From Octopus sinensis (lineage: Eukaryota), in the NCBI RefSeq assembly GCF_006345805.1, contig NC_043005.1, positions 11,098,001 through 11,162,000 on the forward strand: a DNA stretch of 64,000 nucleotides. Direction: 5' to 3'. The notes beneath the pieces are model-generated. The model did no database searches. It saw only the letters and a program-made list of their open reading frames with translations, and was not told the origin of the DNA. This document shows positions 24,923 to 38,403 of the stretch, in pieces (position 1 is the stretch's first letter; each line of letters starts with the position of its first letter). The translations under genes and the position numbers were made by a program.

Positions 24923-25140
24923 AGGCGGCGAGCTGGTAGAAACGTTAGCATGCCGGGTGAAATACTTAGCAGTATTTTGTCTGTCTTTACGTTCTGAGTT
25001 CAAATTCTGCCGAGGTCGACTTTGCTATTCATCCCTATGGTGTTGATAAATTAAGTACCAGTTGTGTGTTGGGGTTGATCTAATTGACTGGCCCCCTCCC
25101 CACCCCAAATTTCGGACCTTGTGTCTAGAGTAGAAAAGAA
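24923..25140 (+). mobile_element. SINE family B (short-tail variant)
   Basis: ggcggcgagctggtagaaacg...ctggccccctccc..aaatttcggaccttgtgtctagagtagaaaaga. Confidence 0.85.
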
Positions 25141-25873
25141 TATTTTTGACATATAGGCGTAGGAGAGGCTGTGTAGTAAGTAGCTTGCTTACCACATGTA
25201 TATGTATATGTATGTGTGTGTATATGTTTGAGTGTCTGTGTTTGTCCCCCCACCCAACATCGCTTGACAACCGATGCTGGAGTATTTATGTCCCCGTAAC
25301 TTAGCAGTTCGGAAAAAGAGACCGATAGAATAAGGACTAGGCTTACAAAGAATAAGTCATAGGGTCGATTTAATCGATTTGGCTCGTCTCCCAAAACCGC
25401 TGAGCTTGTACCAAAATCTGAAACCAATATTTTAACTCTCTTTTACTCTTTTAGTTGCTTTAGTCATTTGACTACGGCCATGCTGGAGCACCGCCTTTAG
25501 TCGATCAAATCGACCCCAGGACTTATCCTTTGTAAGCCTATCGGTCTCTTTATAGGGAGGCGAGCTGGTCGAATCGTTAGCACACTGGACAAAATTGCTT
25601 AGCAGCATGTCATATGTCTTTACGTTCTGAGTTCAAATTCCGCCGAGGTTAATTTTTGCCTTTCACGATCGATCAAATGAGTGCCGGTCGAGCACTGGTT
25701 CGATGTAATTGACTTACTCACTTCATCGAGCTTGCTGGCCTTGTGCCAAAATGTGAAGCCGTTAATTTGATATACGTATTGAGGCACAGGCATGACTCTG
25801 TGGTAAGATATTAGCTTCCCAACCACATGGTTACGCATTCAATCCCACTTCTGTGATATGTTGTTTATTATAG

Positions 25874-26258
25874 GCGTAGGAGTGGCTATGGGGTAAGTAG
25901 CTTGCTTACCAACCACATAGTTCCGAGTTCATTCCCACCACGTGGCACTTTGGGCAAGTGTCTTCTACGATAGCCTCGAGCCGACCAAAGCCTTGTGAGT
26001 GGATTTCGTAGGCGGAAACTGAAAGAAGCCCGTCGTATATATGTATATATATATATAACGGGAAGCTTTATGAAAATAGACAAAAGACGAAGGCAGGTGG
26101 AAAACAAACAAACAATTGTATTAGTATGGCGCTCAGGAAATATAAATAAAACAAGTCTTTAACGTTTCGAGCCTACGCTCTTCAACAGAAAGATACACAG
26201 AGAGAAAAAAAACACAGAAAGAAGGAGAGAAAAAAAATGCGTGCAGTAACTAACGAAT

Positions 26259-26308
<50 letters not shown>

Positions 26309-26515
26309 GTGTGTCTGTGTTTGTCCCCCCAACATCGCTTGACAGATGGTGGTGTGTTTGCGTCACCGTAACTTAGCGGCTCGGCAAAAGTGTCGGATAG
26401 AATAAGTACTAGGCTTACAAAGAATAAGTCCTGGGGTCGATTTGTTCGACTAAAGGCGGTGCTGCAGCATGGTCGCAGTCAAATGACTGAAACAAGTAAA
26501 AGAGTAAAAGAATAT
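25874..26515 (+). mobile_element. SINE family A interrupted in its internal (TA)n by a Penelope-like short element
   Basis: 5' half 25874-26050, insert about 26056-26260, 3' half 26290-26515. Confidence 0.8.
26156..26193 (-). ncRNA. Hammerhead-like motif (variant core CUGUUGA+A)
   Basis: Minus strand TCTTT-CTGTTGA-A-GAGC(GTAG)GCTC-GAAACGTT-AAAGA; stems I and II pair perfectly. Confidence 0.5.
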
Positions 26516-26876
26516 AAGCCTAGGGCGAATGAAAGCTTTGTAAATGGATCTAGTATACGGAAACTGAAAGAAGCCCATCGCGCGCGCGCGTTTGAGAAAG
26601 TGTATGTTCCCTAATGCTTGGCAACCTGTGTTGATGCGTTTATGTCCCCCGTAACATAGCGGTTCAACAAAAGCGTCTGATAGTTTAGTTAAATACTGGA
26701 GTCGGTGTGTTCTACTTAAACCCCTTAAGGTGGTGCTCCAACATGGCCGCTGCGTAATGAATGAAAGAAGATAAAAATAAAGATATTTTGCCTCCCCCAC
26801 CTACTGTTTTAAAGCAATACGATCTTTTATAGAACAGTCTTAGTAAACTTTGTCTGTAGAATAAAGTAATGATACA

Positions 26877-27257
26877 TGGGATGGAAGCACTCCGTCGGTT
26901 ACGACGACGAGGGTTCTGGTTGATCCGAATCAACGGAACAGCCTGCTCGCGAAATTAACGTGTAAGTGGCTGAGCACTCCACCCACACGTGCACCCTTAA
27001 CGTAGTTCTCGGGGATATTCAGCGTGACACAGAGAGTGACAAGGCCCGCCCTTTGAAATACAGGTACAACAGAAACAGGAAGTAAGAGTGAGAGAAAGTT
27101 GTGGTGAAAGAGTACAGCAGGGATCACCACCATCCCTGCCGGAGCCTCGTGGAGTTTTAGGTGTTTTCGCTCAATAAACACTCACAACGCCCGGTGTGGG
27201 AATCGAAACCGCGATCCTATGACCGCGAGTCCGCTGCCCTAACCATTGCGCCTCTAC
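26877..27257 (-). mobile_element. SINE family C, 10-bp TSD
   Basis: taatgataca at 26867-26876 and 27258-27267. Confidence 0.92.
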
Positions 27258-28659
27258 TAATGATACAACGTATAGTATGACTGGATACTGGTACGAAATC
27301 ATTCTTAACTTCTTATTGACGATTCGACAAGAACACGAGAGAAGTCCATTGCTAATTGAGGCCAATGCTTAAAAGAATGCTTAAAAGAAAAGGACAAAAT
27401 CCGGGGTAGTGACCTTTTCATATCCTCCAGCCTGACGGGATACATGTGGTTGAGGGGTAACGAGAGATTGTATTCTCATCAAGCCAAGAACCTAATCAGA
27501 ATGTTTGCGATGGAGTAAATTCTCCTAAGGCGCCATAGGAAACAGGTGGTAGTGTTAAACTAGCCAGCTGTTTGGCCTACAACCACCAATATTTAACTCA
27601 TACACACACACACATATATATATCTCAATGTACGCGCTCGAACACACACACGCTCACACGCACATATGTGTGTGCGAGCGCGTGCATTGATATATACGTT
27701 ACTAAATACATGCACATATATACACACATAGAAACGAACTTATATTCGCTCAGGCCTCTGATATTCGCTATTTATTTTGCTAATGTGTTTGCAGTGTCTC
27801 CAGTTATTAGGTAAAACCTAGCCTATTTGGAGACCATAGTTAAAAGCTCTTAGCATCCTGTCACTGAACTCCAGACAGGTTAACAGTTTCAAAGTATTTA
27901 TAGCGAAAGACATATCCGTAAATATATCTAAAGCATGGAACGAATATTTTGAGAATTTTTGATTCTTTTTCTATCCTTTTACGATTGTTTTTAAAAATCA
28001 AGAGGAAAGGCAGTGTCCAAAGTAATTTTTAGGACCTGCGAGGTATGTTTCAATGAAGAAGGAAATTTTCTATTTATGGTTCAAAAGTTAGAAACCGAAT
28101 GGATTTTGTTAATATATGTATTGAGGCACAGGCATGACTCTGTGGTAAGATATTAGCTTCCCAACCACATGGTTACGTATTCAATCCCACTTCTGTGATA
28201 TGTTGTTTACTATAGGCGCAGGAGTGGCTATAGGGTAAGTAGCTTGCTTATCAACCACATGGTTCCGAGTTCATCCCCACTGTGCCAGATGATGATGTTA
28301 AACCGAGTGACGGTCAAAGCCGACAACGTTAGAGATTTTCTCTTTGTAACCGAGGGCATAGAATTCTATGATGTTGAGCATGTTACTGCCATTTTCACAA
28401 TCATATACGAAATCTGGGAGAGGCGTGTGGCTAAGTTGATCGTAAGATTGTGGTTTCGATTCCTGAACCGGGCGATACGTTGTGTTAGCGTGTAAAACAT
28501 GTCATTTCACGTTGCTCCAGTCCACCCAACAAAACGAGTAATCATATGACGAATGGCGTCCCGTCCAAAAGTAAATACATACCTATATACGCCACAAAGT
28601 CCAGCTTTATTACCCTACGACTCAGGAAGGACTTCTGATCTTTTTTTTTATATTCAACG

Positions 28660-29000
28660 CCTAGATCTTATTAGTGGGCAAGTGTCTTCTGTTATAGCCC
28701 CGGGTCGACTAATGCCTTGTGAGTGGATTTGGTAGACGGAAACTGAAAGAAGCCTGTCGTATATATGTATATGTATATATATGTATGTGTGTGTGTCTGT
28801 GTTTGTCCCCCTAGCATTGCTGACAGCCGATGCTGGTGTGTTTACGTCCCCGTCACTTAGCGGTTCGGCAAAAGAGACCGATAGAATAAGTACTGGGCTT
28901 ACAAAGAATAAGTCCCGGGGTCGATTTGCTCGACTAAAGGCGGTGCTCCAGCATGGCCGCAGTCAAATGACTGAACAAGTAAAAGATTAAAAGATTATAC
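28660..29000 (+). mobile_element. SINE family A, 5'-truncated
   Basis: gggcaagtgtcttct...gtaaaagattaaaagatta. Confidence 0.88.
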
Positions 29001-29009
29001 CTATCTTTG

Positions 29010-29470
29010 TCCTGATTTTCAGCATTGCTTTAAAAGTATCGCCTTAATCACTGCTGCATATAGACAGTTATTTATATTTTCCATGCCCGACAACAGTATC
29101 AGTAAGAAGAGGGTATCAAGAACGACACCCTGTGACAACTCACGTATTGACACCGTCTTTTCAAATACATTCGCTGGTGGCCACCGCTATACGACTTCGG
29201 GCTTTTCAGGAAATCAGTGACCCAAATGTCCAATGGTAACGTTTTCAATCTTGTAACATAAACGTCTATCGCTATCTCTATCGCACTAAGGCTTTGGTAA
29301 AATCAAGGTATACACAATAAACCTGGAACCAGATTACAGACTTCTCAGCAGTATTTTGTTGTGCTGTTATAGAAGACGTGTCAGACGGTGCATTTCGGGG
29401 CGTAAAACTTTTCGGGTGTTATTATAAAGTTCCTGTTCGTCTAAATAGTCTATTATCATTCTACCTATAA
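29010..29470 (-). mobile_element. CR1/L2-type reverse transcriptase relic
   Basis: Frameshifted IIDYLDEQELYN...LTRLL..VYLDFTKA..WVTDFL..LSQGVVL: RT motifs YLDF.KAFD and PQG.VL. Confidence 0.7.
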
Positions 29471-29499
29471 TTCTTCCCATATGGGTTTGTGTGAATAAA

Positions 29500-29549
29500 T
29501 AAATGAATGAACACACACACACACACACACACACCACACACACACACAC

Positions 29550-29592
<43 letters not shown>

Positions 29593-30245
29593 GCACACAC
29601 ACACACACGCGCATAAGTGTTCAAATGTATGTATATACGTATGAGTGTGTATGCATATATATTTGTATGAATGACTGAAACAAGTCATATGAGCGTGTGC
29701 ATATGTGTGCGTACACATATATGCATACATATATATGTGTGTATGTGTGTATATGTGTATGTATATGTGTGTGTGTGTATATGTGAGTGTGTATGTATAT
29801 GTGTGTGTGTATGTATATGTGTGTATGTATATGTGTGTATGTGTGTGTATGTATATGTGTATGTATATGTGTGTGTGTGTGTATGTATATGTGTGTGTAT
29901 GTATATGTGTGTATGTGTGTGTATGTATATGTGTGTGTGTTTGTATATATATATATATGTGTGTGTGTAGGTATATGTGTGTGTGTATGTATATGTGTGT
30001 ATGTATATGTGTGTATGTATATATGTGTGTGTGTATGTATATGTGTGTGTGTATGTGTGTGTGTATGTATATGTGTGCGTGTATGTATATATATATGTGT
30101 GTGTGTGTGTGTATTCTTTTATTCTTTTAATGGCTTCAGTCGTAGGGCTGCGCCCACACACACACACACATACACTCATACGTTCACATACGTTCACACA
30201 TACACACATACGTTCACACATACATACATACACATACACACACAT
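29500..30245. repeat. (CA)n and (TG/TATG)n microsatellite block
   Basis: Directly visible. Confidence 0.95.
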
Positions 30246-31044
30246 GCATCTGTTTATGTTAATGATTGCTTATGTCTGTATATCTATTACTTATCGTTGA
30301 AAGCAGCAATAAATCAGAAGTCCTGTCTCTCGTTTTCTCTCATATGTGTGAAACATATCATCATAAATGTTGTGTGTCAAATGGAAGTCGTTTCATAAAA
30401 ATTAGAAGACATAAGTGAGAATAGTTGCAATATATCATTAACGAGAATAAATCTGACATGTTTTTTTCTATTTTTTTCTCTCTCTCTCTTTTCCTAATAC
30501 TTCCTTTTTGTTCGTTATTCTTTGATTTCTGAAAGGGCGGAGTCTTAAGGTAAGTTCTGTTATTGGATGTTGATTTTGTTATTCTGTCAGTAATCATTAG
30601 GGTGGCTTTCTTTTTTAATACCCGTTTAGTATTTGTTGTTATTTTTAGTGTTGCTGTTGTTGTTGATGTCGCTTTTATTTTAAGCTCAAGATTAACTTTG
30701 ATCAAGCAGCACGCTTTTGATAAAAAAAAAAATTTAAAAAAACGAAAAAATTATCATCGTAACCAGGCCGTAGTGATTTAAGGATCACGTAATCCAATAT
30801 GTTCTTTCTTGCTTCGTAGGACGTGACCCGAGGTAAATATAGTTGCTATTTTTAACAGGTGGATTAATCAGAAAGAGTCTCCCTAATTAAGTAGTAAAAC
30901 TATGAAGAGAAACAATACTCATGATTTCTATAAGCTTACCTATAAGAGATCGATACGATTGATATTTACCTGGTGAGATCGATACGGTGGATATTTAGTT
31001 TCGTGAGACTGGGGATAGGTGAGGTATGCTGCAAACCTTGGTGC

Positions 31045-31191
31045 ATTCTTCTTCTTCTTCTTCTCTTCTTCTTCTTCTTCTTCTTCTCTCTTCTTCTCTC
31101 TTCTTCTTCTTCTTCTTCTTCTTCTCTCTTCTTCTCTCTTCTTCTTCTTCTCTCTTCTTCTCTCTTCTTCTTCTTCTTCTTCTTCTCTTCT

Positions 31192-31230
<39 letters not shown>

Positions 31231-31330
31231 TCCTCTTCTTCTTCTTCTTCTTCTTCTTCTTCTCTTTTTCTTCATCTTCTTCATCTTCATCTTCTTCTCT
31301 CTTCTTCTTCTTCTTCTTCTTATTATTATT
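31045..31330. repeat. (TTC)n/(CT)n polypyrimidine tract
   Basis: Directly visible; source of the poly-K/E/R and poly-S/F ORFs. Confidence 0.95.
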
Positions 31331-31696
31331 ATTATTATTCCGCCGAGGTCGACTTCGCCTGTAATCCTTTCGGGGTCGATATATTAAGTACCAGTGAAAC
31401 ACTGGCGTTGATGTAATTGACTAGTTCCCTCCGCCAAAATTTCAGGCCTTATTATTATCATTATTATCATTAAGACGATTAGGTGGCATAATGGTTAGCA
31501 AGTCGGGCGAAATGCTTAGCGGCATTTCGTCCGTCCTTACGTTCTGAGTTCAACTTCCACCGAGGTTGACTTCGTCTTTCATTCTTTCGGAGTGTCGATA
31601 AATTTAGTACCAATTAAGTAATGGGATCGATGGAATCGAGTTACCTCTCTCTCTCTCTCTCTCTCTCTCTCGAAATTGCTGACCTTGTGCCAAAAT

Positions 31697-31756
<60 letters not shown>

Positions 31757-32934
31757 CAGAAGCAGCAGCAGCAGCGCTATACAATTAAATATCAGTATTT
31801 TCTAATCTGGAGGTTACCGCAAATTTCAACGAGACGACATAAAAATTTTATAAATTGGAAAGGGGCTGTGTCATTGATTTTTTTTTTTCTAATATTTTCT
31901 ATTATTGTCAATTACTCTTTCAAATTTATATACAAAAATATACATACACATAGCGCATTTTGTATATCTCAATTTCCGTCGGAACAGAAAAAAAAAGAAA
32001 AAAGATTCATTTGATTGCTCGAAAATAATTCATCATTGATGAATTGAATTAAATATCATATTACTGCTTTGAAGAATATACATCCGGTGAGAACCTTCAG
32101 CTCTAATTGCTTGCATCGCTTCGTTGAGCTTTGGGCTAGTGTTGTAATAGTTCTGAGTTGTAAGCAGTTTGGAAAAGAAATCCTAGTTGCTAAATGTGAC
32201 GCTACCTTTCAGATATTTTTGAGACGATATATTTGCTTCAAAGTAGAAATATAAATATTTACCTTTGCAAAGAGGTTACTAGAGCTTTCCTTGACAAGTC
32301 TAATCTATCCAGGATCGATACTGGGCGTAAGGTATTGATGCATTTTCCAACCCTCGTCACCATTCAGGCACATTGAGCACTTGAAGAAATTACACAATGA
32401 TATTGAAATTAGTCATAAATATTTTCTGGGTGGTTGTATGGTAAGAAGCTTGCTTCTCTGAGAGAGGAGCCCATGCCCTGGACAGAGGACGAGGAGTGGC
32501 CTTCGCAGGTGACTACGAAGATCATATCGGATGTCGCTATGGTCAGGGTAATGAACACTTTCTCAAAGGACATGTTTAGAAAAAGCCTTCTGGGCCCTGA
32601 CCTAGAGCTAGTGCATTGCCTAAGGGAAGCGTAAGCAAGATCTGGGAGGAAGACTTTTGCGTATTGTATTTATATATATTATATGTAATTATTGAACTAT
32701 GTTGTTGTTTGTAATGTCCGAGTCACTATTTGCTGTCTGGCATTTTGTGATGTCGGGTGTGAAAATACCTTAAGCTAAGCCTGAAAGCAATGAAGTCATA
32801 AAAGAATCATCCATAACTTGCAGTAAGCAACATTTATTAAAATAAAAGTATTCAGAACACAGAATAACATGTAACAAAAAAAATTGCGAACATATTTACA
32901 TTCCCATATAACAGTTAAGAACATCACCATTATT

Positions 32935-33113
32935 GTATTACGCATACGCAGAAGTGTTTGTTCGACTAGGTGCTGCTGGCTTAATTACGCACGACTCAAG
33001 TTTGAGAAGGGGTGCGTATTGTACACGAGGTTTAGGTTTTTCAGAGGTACAGCCCCCTAAAAATCCCCTGCGTATTATACTCAAGGGCGGACTATACTCG
33101 AGGATTTACGGTA
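32935..33113. mobile_element. Tc1/pogo-type DNA transposon terminal fragment
   Basis: Ends gcgtattatactc..actatactcgaggatttacggta (reverse taccgtaaatcctcgagtata), with repeated gcgtatt.tac.cgag subterminal motifs. Confidence 0.55.
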
Positions 33114-34081
33114 ATCACGTTAAATTGTAAGCACAAGTGATCTTCGTTCATTTCTAGCAATCATGGATCATGATATCGTAAAACTTGCGAAACTGCAAGA
33201 ATCTCACTGAATAAATATAGCAAAAAGGTAATATGATACATACCTATTTTTTTTTTTTTTAGTTTGCTAAAAATATTATTTTTCTGTTAAAAATATTATT
33301 TTTCTGTTAAAAATAGTAATTGTTTCGTATTAGTTATTAATTTTCTGGGTGCAACAGAAATTTTTGTGATGCGTTTTATATCAGAAAAAAAAAGTTTGAT
33401 TTTAAATGGTTGTTTTATTGAAACCACAAATTATTTTTGTCTTTGTAAATAAATAAAATAAATGTGCCATTAATAGACTCTGATATTTCCAAGGAGTCTA
33501 TAGCGTTAAAGATAGAAAACAAGTTATCTTTGAAGAAGGAAAAAAAAGTAATATAAATTTTTGCTAAAAAAGTATTTCCATTACAAGTTAGTTATTTAAA
33601 AATCTTCAGTGAAATTAATTTTATGGTTAAAAAAAGGCGTTTTGCAATCACGTGGTTTCGGCTTCAATCCCACCGCATGGTAGCTTGGGTAAGAGTCTTC
33701 TATAGCCTTGGGGTCACCAATGTTATGTGAGTGAATTTGGTAGACGGAAAATATGTAGAAGCCCGTCGTGTGTGTGTGTATCTTTGTGTGTGTTTGTACC
33801 CCAACCACGACTTGGCAATCGGTGTTGGTTTGTTTGCACCTGCTGTGACTTAGGCGTTCGGCAAAGAAGACCGACGAAATAAGTATGAGGTTTAAAATCA
33901 AAATAAGTGCTGGGGCTCACTTGTTCGACTAAACCCTTCAAGGTGGTGCCCCAGCAGCACCTTGAAGATAATAAAAGATGATAAAACTAATTTAAGGCAA
34001 TTAATATTTAAAATGTCATTATCATATGATAAATTTTACAAAATTTGTTCAGCTCTATATTTAAGAGATGAGAAATTATGC

Positions 34082-34386
34082 ACATTATTTACATTTGACG
34101 GATATTTGTCCTCATCGTGTTTGTTGTTAGCACAACGTTTCGACTGATATACTCCCCAGTCTTCATCAGGTGTCTTGGGCAAATTTCGAACCTGGGTTCT
34201 CATTCCTAAGGTATTTTTCGATGTTATTATTATTATTGTTATTATTATTATTATTCAGGTCACAACCTGGAATCGAACTCGGAATCTTGGGGTTAGTAGC
34301 CCGCGCTCTTAACCAGTACGCAATAATAATAATAATAATAATAATAATAAACTATGATGATAATAATAATAATAATAATAATAATA

Positions 34387-34437
<51 letters not shown>

Positions 34438-34585
34438 CAACAACATCGAAAAATACCTTAGGAATGAGAACCCAGGTTCGAAATTTCCCAAAGACACCTG
34501 ATAAAGGCTGGAGGATTTATCAGTCAAAATGTTGTGTTAACAACAAAGATGAGGACAAATATCCATCAAATATAAATAATGTAAA
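34082..34585. mobile_element. Palindromic Penelope-like short element with HHR-like arms and a central tRNA-derived Pol III head
   Basis: Arms 34082-34225 and 34442-34585 are reverse complements; centre has (AAT)n and a minus-strand A/B-box head at 34256-34320. Confidence 0.8.
34129..34174 (-). ncRNA. Minimal type-I hammerhead-like motif (AACGUU palindrome)
   Basis: GACAC-CTGATGA-A-GACTG(GGGAGTATAT)CAGTC-GAAACGTT-GTGCT; the mate arm at about 34493-34538 is more degenerate. Confidence 0.6.
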
Positions 34586-35385
34586 TAACGTACAAAGTTT
34601 ATTGTTTTAGAGAGTTTTAATTTTCTCAAAAGCGGCTTCTTTCTTTTATTAGAATTTTTTTCTCTGACAGTGTCTAGGGCACCACAGAAAAATTAAAGAA
34701 TCCAAAAGGTTATGAAACCACTCCACTGTTTGTTTTACAGTTATTATGAAGTAAAATAGCAGAGTACTTCATATGATACGATCTCATATATTATATCATT
34801 CAGTCGATGAGGAAATTAACTTCTTTGCGCATCTAGCACGTAGAAGGAGACCGAAAATGATTTTTCGTTGTTGATAAATTCATCATGTAGCTTTGCTTAT
34901 TTCTCTCCCAGCTGTATACTAATTATAGAAACTAATTAGCAAGACTATCATAGAATAATTACGTAGACATCAAGTGGTCCATTCAAATGGATTCACGTGT
35001 TTATATAATTTTCATCTTCATAAATATATAATTGGACGAACGTAGCAACCTATTTAGTACACAGCTTGGTAGCTTGACTTCAGCTGTCATTCAAACTTAC
35101 CACCCAGATAGATAAACGGAATGATAGACAGACAGAAGAACAGGCAAATAGACATACAAACATAAACAGACTTAACAAATCGATCGATCGATCAATAAAG
35201 AGAAAGAAAAATACCGAAAGTCTCGGAACTAGTGATGGCTTGCATTGGTAAAAGTCAGTTCAGTGAAGTTCACGAAACAGAATAAGTTGTATTCCACGTA
35301 GAAGACAAATCTAACATTTCAAGACAGGACTTGGGAGATATGTGGAGAAAAGTGCATTGGAAAGCTAGAAATTGGTTTTAAAACT

Positions 35386-35778
35386 GGACTGGAAGCACTC
35401 CGTCGGTTACGACGACGAGGGTTCCGGTTGATCCGAATCAACTGAACAGCCTGCTCGTGAAATTAACGTGTAAGTGGCTGAGCACTCCACAGACACGTGT
35501 ACCCTTAACGTAGTTCTCGGGGATATTCAGCGTGACACAGAGAGTGACAAGGCCGGCCCCTTGAAATGCAGGTACAACAGAAACAGGAAGTAAGAGTGAG
35601 AGAAAGTTGTGGTGAAAGAGTACAGCAGGGATCACCACCAACTCCTGCCGGAGCCTCGTGGAGCTTTTTTAGGTGTTTTCGCTCAATAAACACTCACAAC
35701 GCCCGGTCTGGGAATCGAAACCGCGATCCTATGACCGCGAGTCCGCTGCCCTAACCACTGGGCCATTGCGCCTCCACA
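35386..35778 (-). mobile_element. SINE family C, 12-bp TSD
   Basis: ggttttaaaact at 35374-35385 and 35779-35790. Confidence 0.92.
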
Positions 35779-35924
35779 GGTTTTAAAACTATGAGAGAGA
35801 TGTAAACAGAAATGATTGGGTGGTGGGCGGAGAAATGGTGACAGAGTGTCAATGAACTATGAAAAAGAACAGGTGTGAAATACAGGTAGACGATTAAAAG
35901 AAATATTCACACTCACAGTTTAGT

Positions 35925-36140
35925 CTTTAATCTTTTACTCTCTTTTTTTTTTACTTGTTTCAGTCATTTGACTGTGGCCATGCTGGAGCACCGCCTTTAG
36001 TCAAATCGACCTCAGGACTTATTCTTTGTAAGCCTAGTACTTATTCTATCGGTCTCTTCTGCCGAACCGCTAAGTTACGGTGACGTAAACACACCAGCAT
36101 CGGTTATCAAGCGATGCTGGGGGGGATAAACACAAACACA

Positions 36141-36208
<68 letters not shown>

Positions 36209-36381
36209 CATATAACCGACGGGCTTCTTTCGGTTTCCGTCTACCAAATCCACTCACAAGACTTTGGTCAGCCTGAGGCTATAGGAGAAGACACTTGCCC
36301 AAGGTGCCACGCAGTGGGACTGAACCCGGAACCATGTGGTTGGTAAGCAAGCTACTTACCACGCAGCCACTCCTACGCCTA
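35925..36381 (-). mobile_element. SINE family A, full length
   Basis: Complete reverse complement of the family A consensus. Confidence 0.9.
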
Positions 36382-36622
36382 TATCAATCCCATGCGAACA
36401 CACTAAGAACCAACGGCATTTGATCCACAAACATCTCGTGTTACTTTCCTTCTAGGTGTGGCTGCAGGCATGGACATCTGATTAAGAAGGTCGCCTCGTA
36501 ATCTTGAGGTTTCTGTTTCAGTCTCACTGTGCGGCACATTGGGTCTGCTACTATAGATCTAGACCGATTAATACCATGTGAGTGAATTTGAAAGACGAAA
36601 ACGGTACGAAAGTCTGTCGTGC

Positions 36623-36695
<73 letters not shown>

Positions 36696-36812
36696 TGTGA
36701 GTTTGTTTGTCTTTCACTTCTTAACAAACGGTGTTAATTTATTCAAGTCGTCGCGGTTCAGTAAAAAGAATCCGGCAGAATTAGTATCTGGGAACGGTTT
36801 GATCGACTAAAC

Positions 36813-37031
36813 CAGTGACCCTTAACAGGGGTTTATATAGCCCTTGGGGATCCATATAAGATTTTGTTGTTAAGGTTTGTTCAATAAACTGGTTATATTT
36901 TTACACAGAATATTTATACATTTTTTTTACACAATTCCTAATAATATTCAATCATAAAAAGAGGACCCCTCTCCAGAATAAAATAAGAACCAAAGGGGTC
37001 TATAGGCAAAAAAATTGGTTGAGAACCACTG
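36813..37031. mobile_element. Degraded hAT (Charlie-like) MITE
   Basis: TIRs cagtgacccttaac / gttgagaaccactg; flanking 8-mers gactaaac / aacaaaac match at 6 of 8 positions. Confidence 0.6.
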
Positions 37032-38167
37032 AACAAAACTCTTCGAGGCAGTGTCCTAGCTTGGCTGCCATCCAAAAACTGAAACCAGTCAAGAAATAAG
37101 AGTATAAAAGAACGGCGCACATGGCGGAGATGTAATCCATCCCGTCTCATTTTTTTAAAGGAAACTCACGTTTTCAGCTATGGAGATTCCGATTCTGAAA
37201 AAAAATGGCAAAACTCGCAACTTCAAAATTTCAATACTGGTGCCAAGCTGTATCAGTGCTTTACGTTTCCTTGGATAACATTGGTAGCATGGAGGGGGTA
37301 GGTTTGTATGCATGGATGACTACCAGTCTTCCATAAACAAATTTTCCCAGACTTGTACTTTGGAGGAGAACATTCTTGGTGCAATCTCATGGTCATTCAT
37401 GACCGAAAGAGATCTTTACTCTTTTCTTTTACTAGATATTATTAACCACACAGGTCCTCTACTACTGCACCTCCTTCTCATAGCTCATTTCTTTGTCCAC
37501 TGGCATGAAGCTGACCCCACCTCACATGTAGTTCTGCGAGCTACATGGCAACCTCAATAGTCAGATGGTATGAAAAAAGAACCCCACCCAATCCATGATG
37601 TAAAGAAAGTGATGTACACTCAAATACAGAACGTAGACAACGCAGATGGCGGGGCGAGTATTTCTGGGAAACAAATTGCCGCGAGTGGTAAAGGAAGGAA
37701 AAAGGGAGGAAGATCACAGAGTTCAACTGGTGAACAAATACGACCAACCTCTACAAGAAGATGAGAGCATTGAATAGGAAATAGAGTGTATACGGAGTTG
37801 GAGTTATAAACTTTAAACTGATCTCGTGCTTAAACGCATACAAATGGTTAGAATGAAGCATCAGGGATGAGAGGAAAATGATGATCAATAAGAAGGACAG
37901 TGTTTCGTAGGGAACAGCACACAAAGATACCGTTGAATGATGAACCAAAGGCAATGTAGTACGATGATATTGGTATTTAGTCGAAGACTAGGCCAGACGG
38001 AATAGTGTCCCAGTCACCACCATCCCCTCTTTTCCTTGCATATCTACAACACATTTCAATGTGGCCTACGTTATTTAAAGACGATAGCATATAATTTGAG
38101 GGAGACTTAGCAGCTTTTTTTTTTCTCGAAGGCGAATACCGGCAAATGATGAACCAAAGGTAATGCA

Positions 38168-38403
38168 AGACGGCGAGCTGGCAGAAACGTTAGCACGCCG
38201 GGCGGAATGCTTAGCAGTATTTCGTCTGCCACTACGTTCTGAGTTCAAATTCCGCCGAGGTCGACTTTGCCTTTCATCCTTTCGGGGTCGATTAAATAAG
38301 TACCAGTTACACACTGGGTCGATATAATCGATTAATCCGTTTGTCTGTCCTTGTTTTCCTCTCTGTGTTTGGCCCCTTGTGGGTAGTAAAGAAATAGGTA
38401 TTG
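38168..38403 (+). mobile_element. SINE family B
   Basis: Full head and long-tail 3' end aaagaaataggtatt. Confidence 0.9.

Noticed and set aside
32434-32830. Possible LTR or retroelement fragment
   Set aside because: No TG..CA termini, PBS, second copy or protein motif found.
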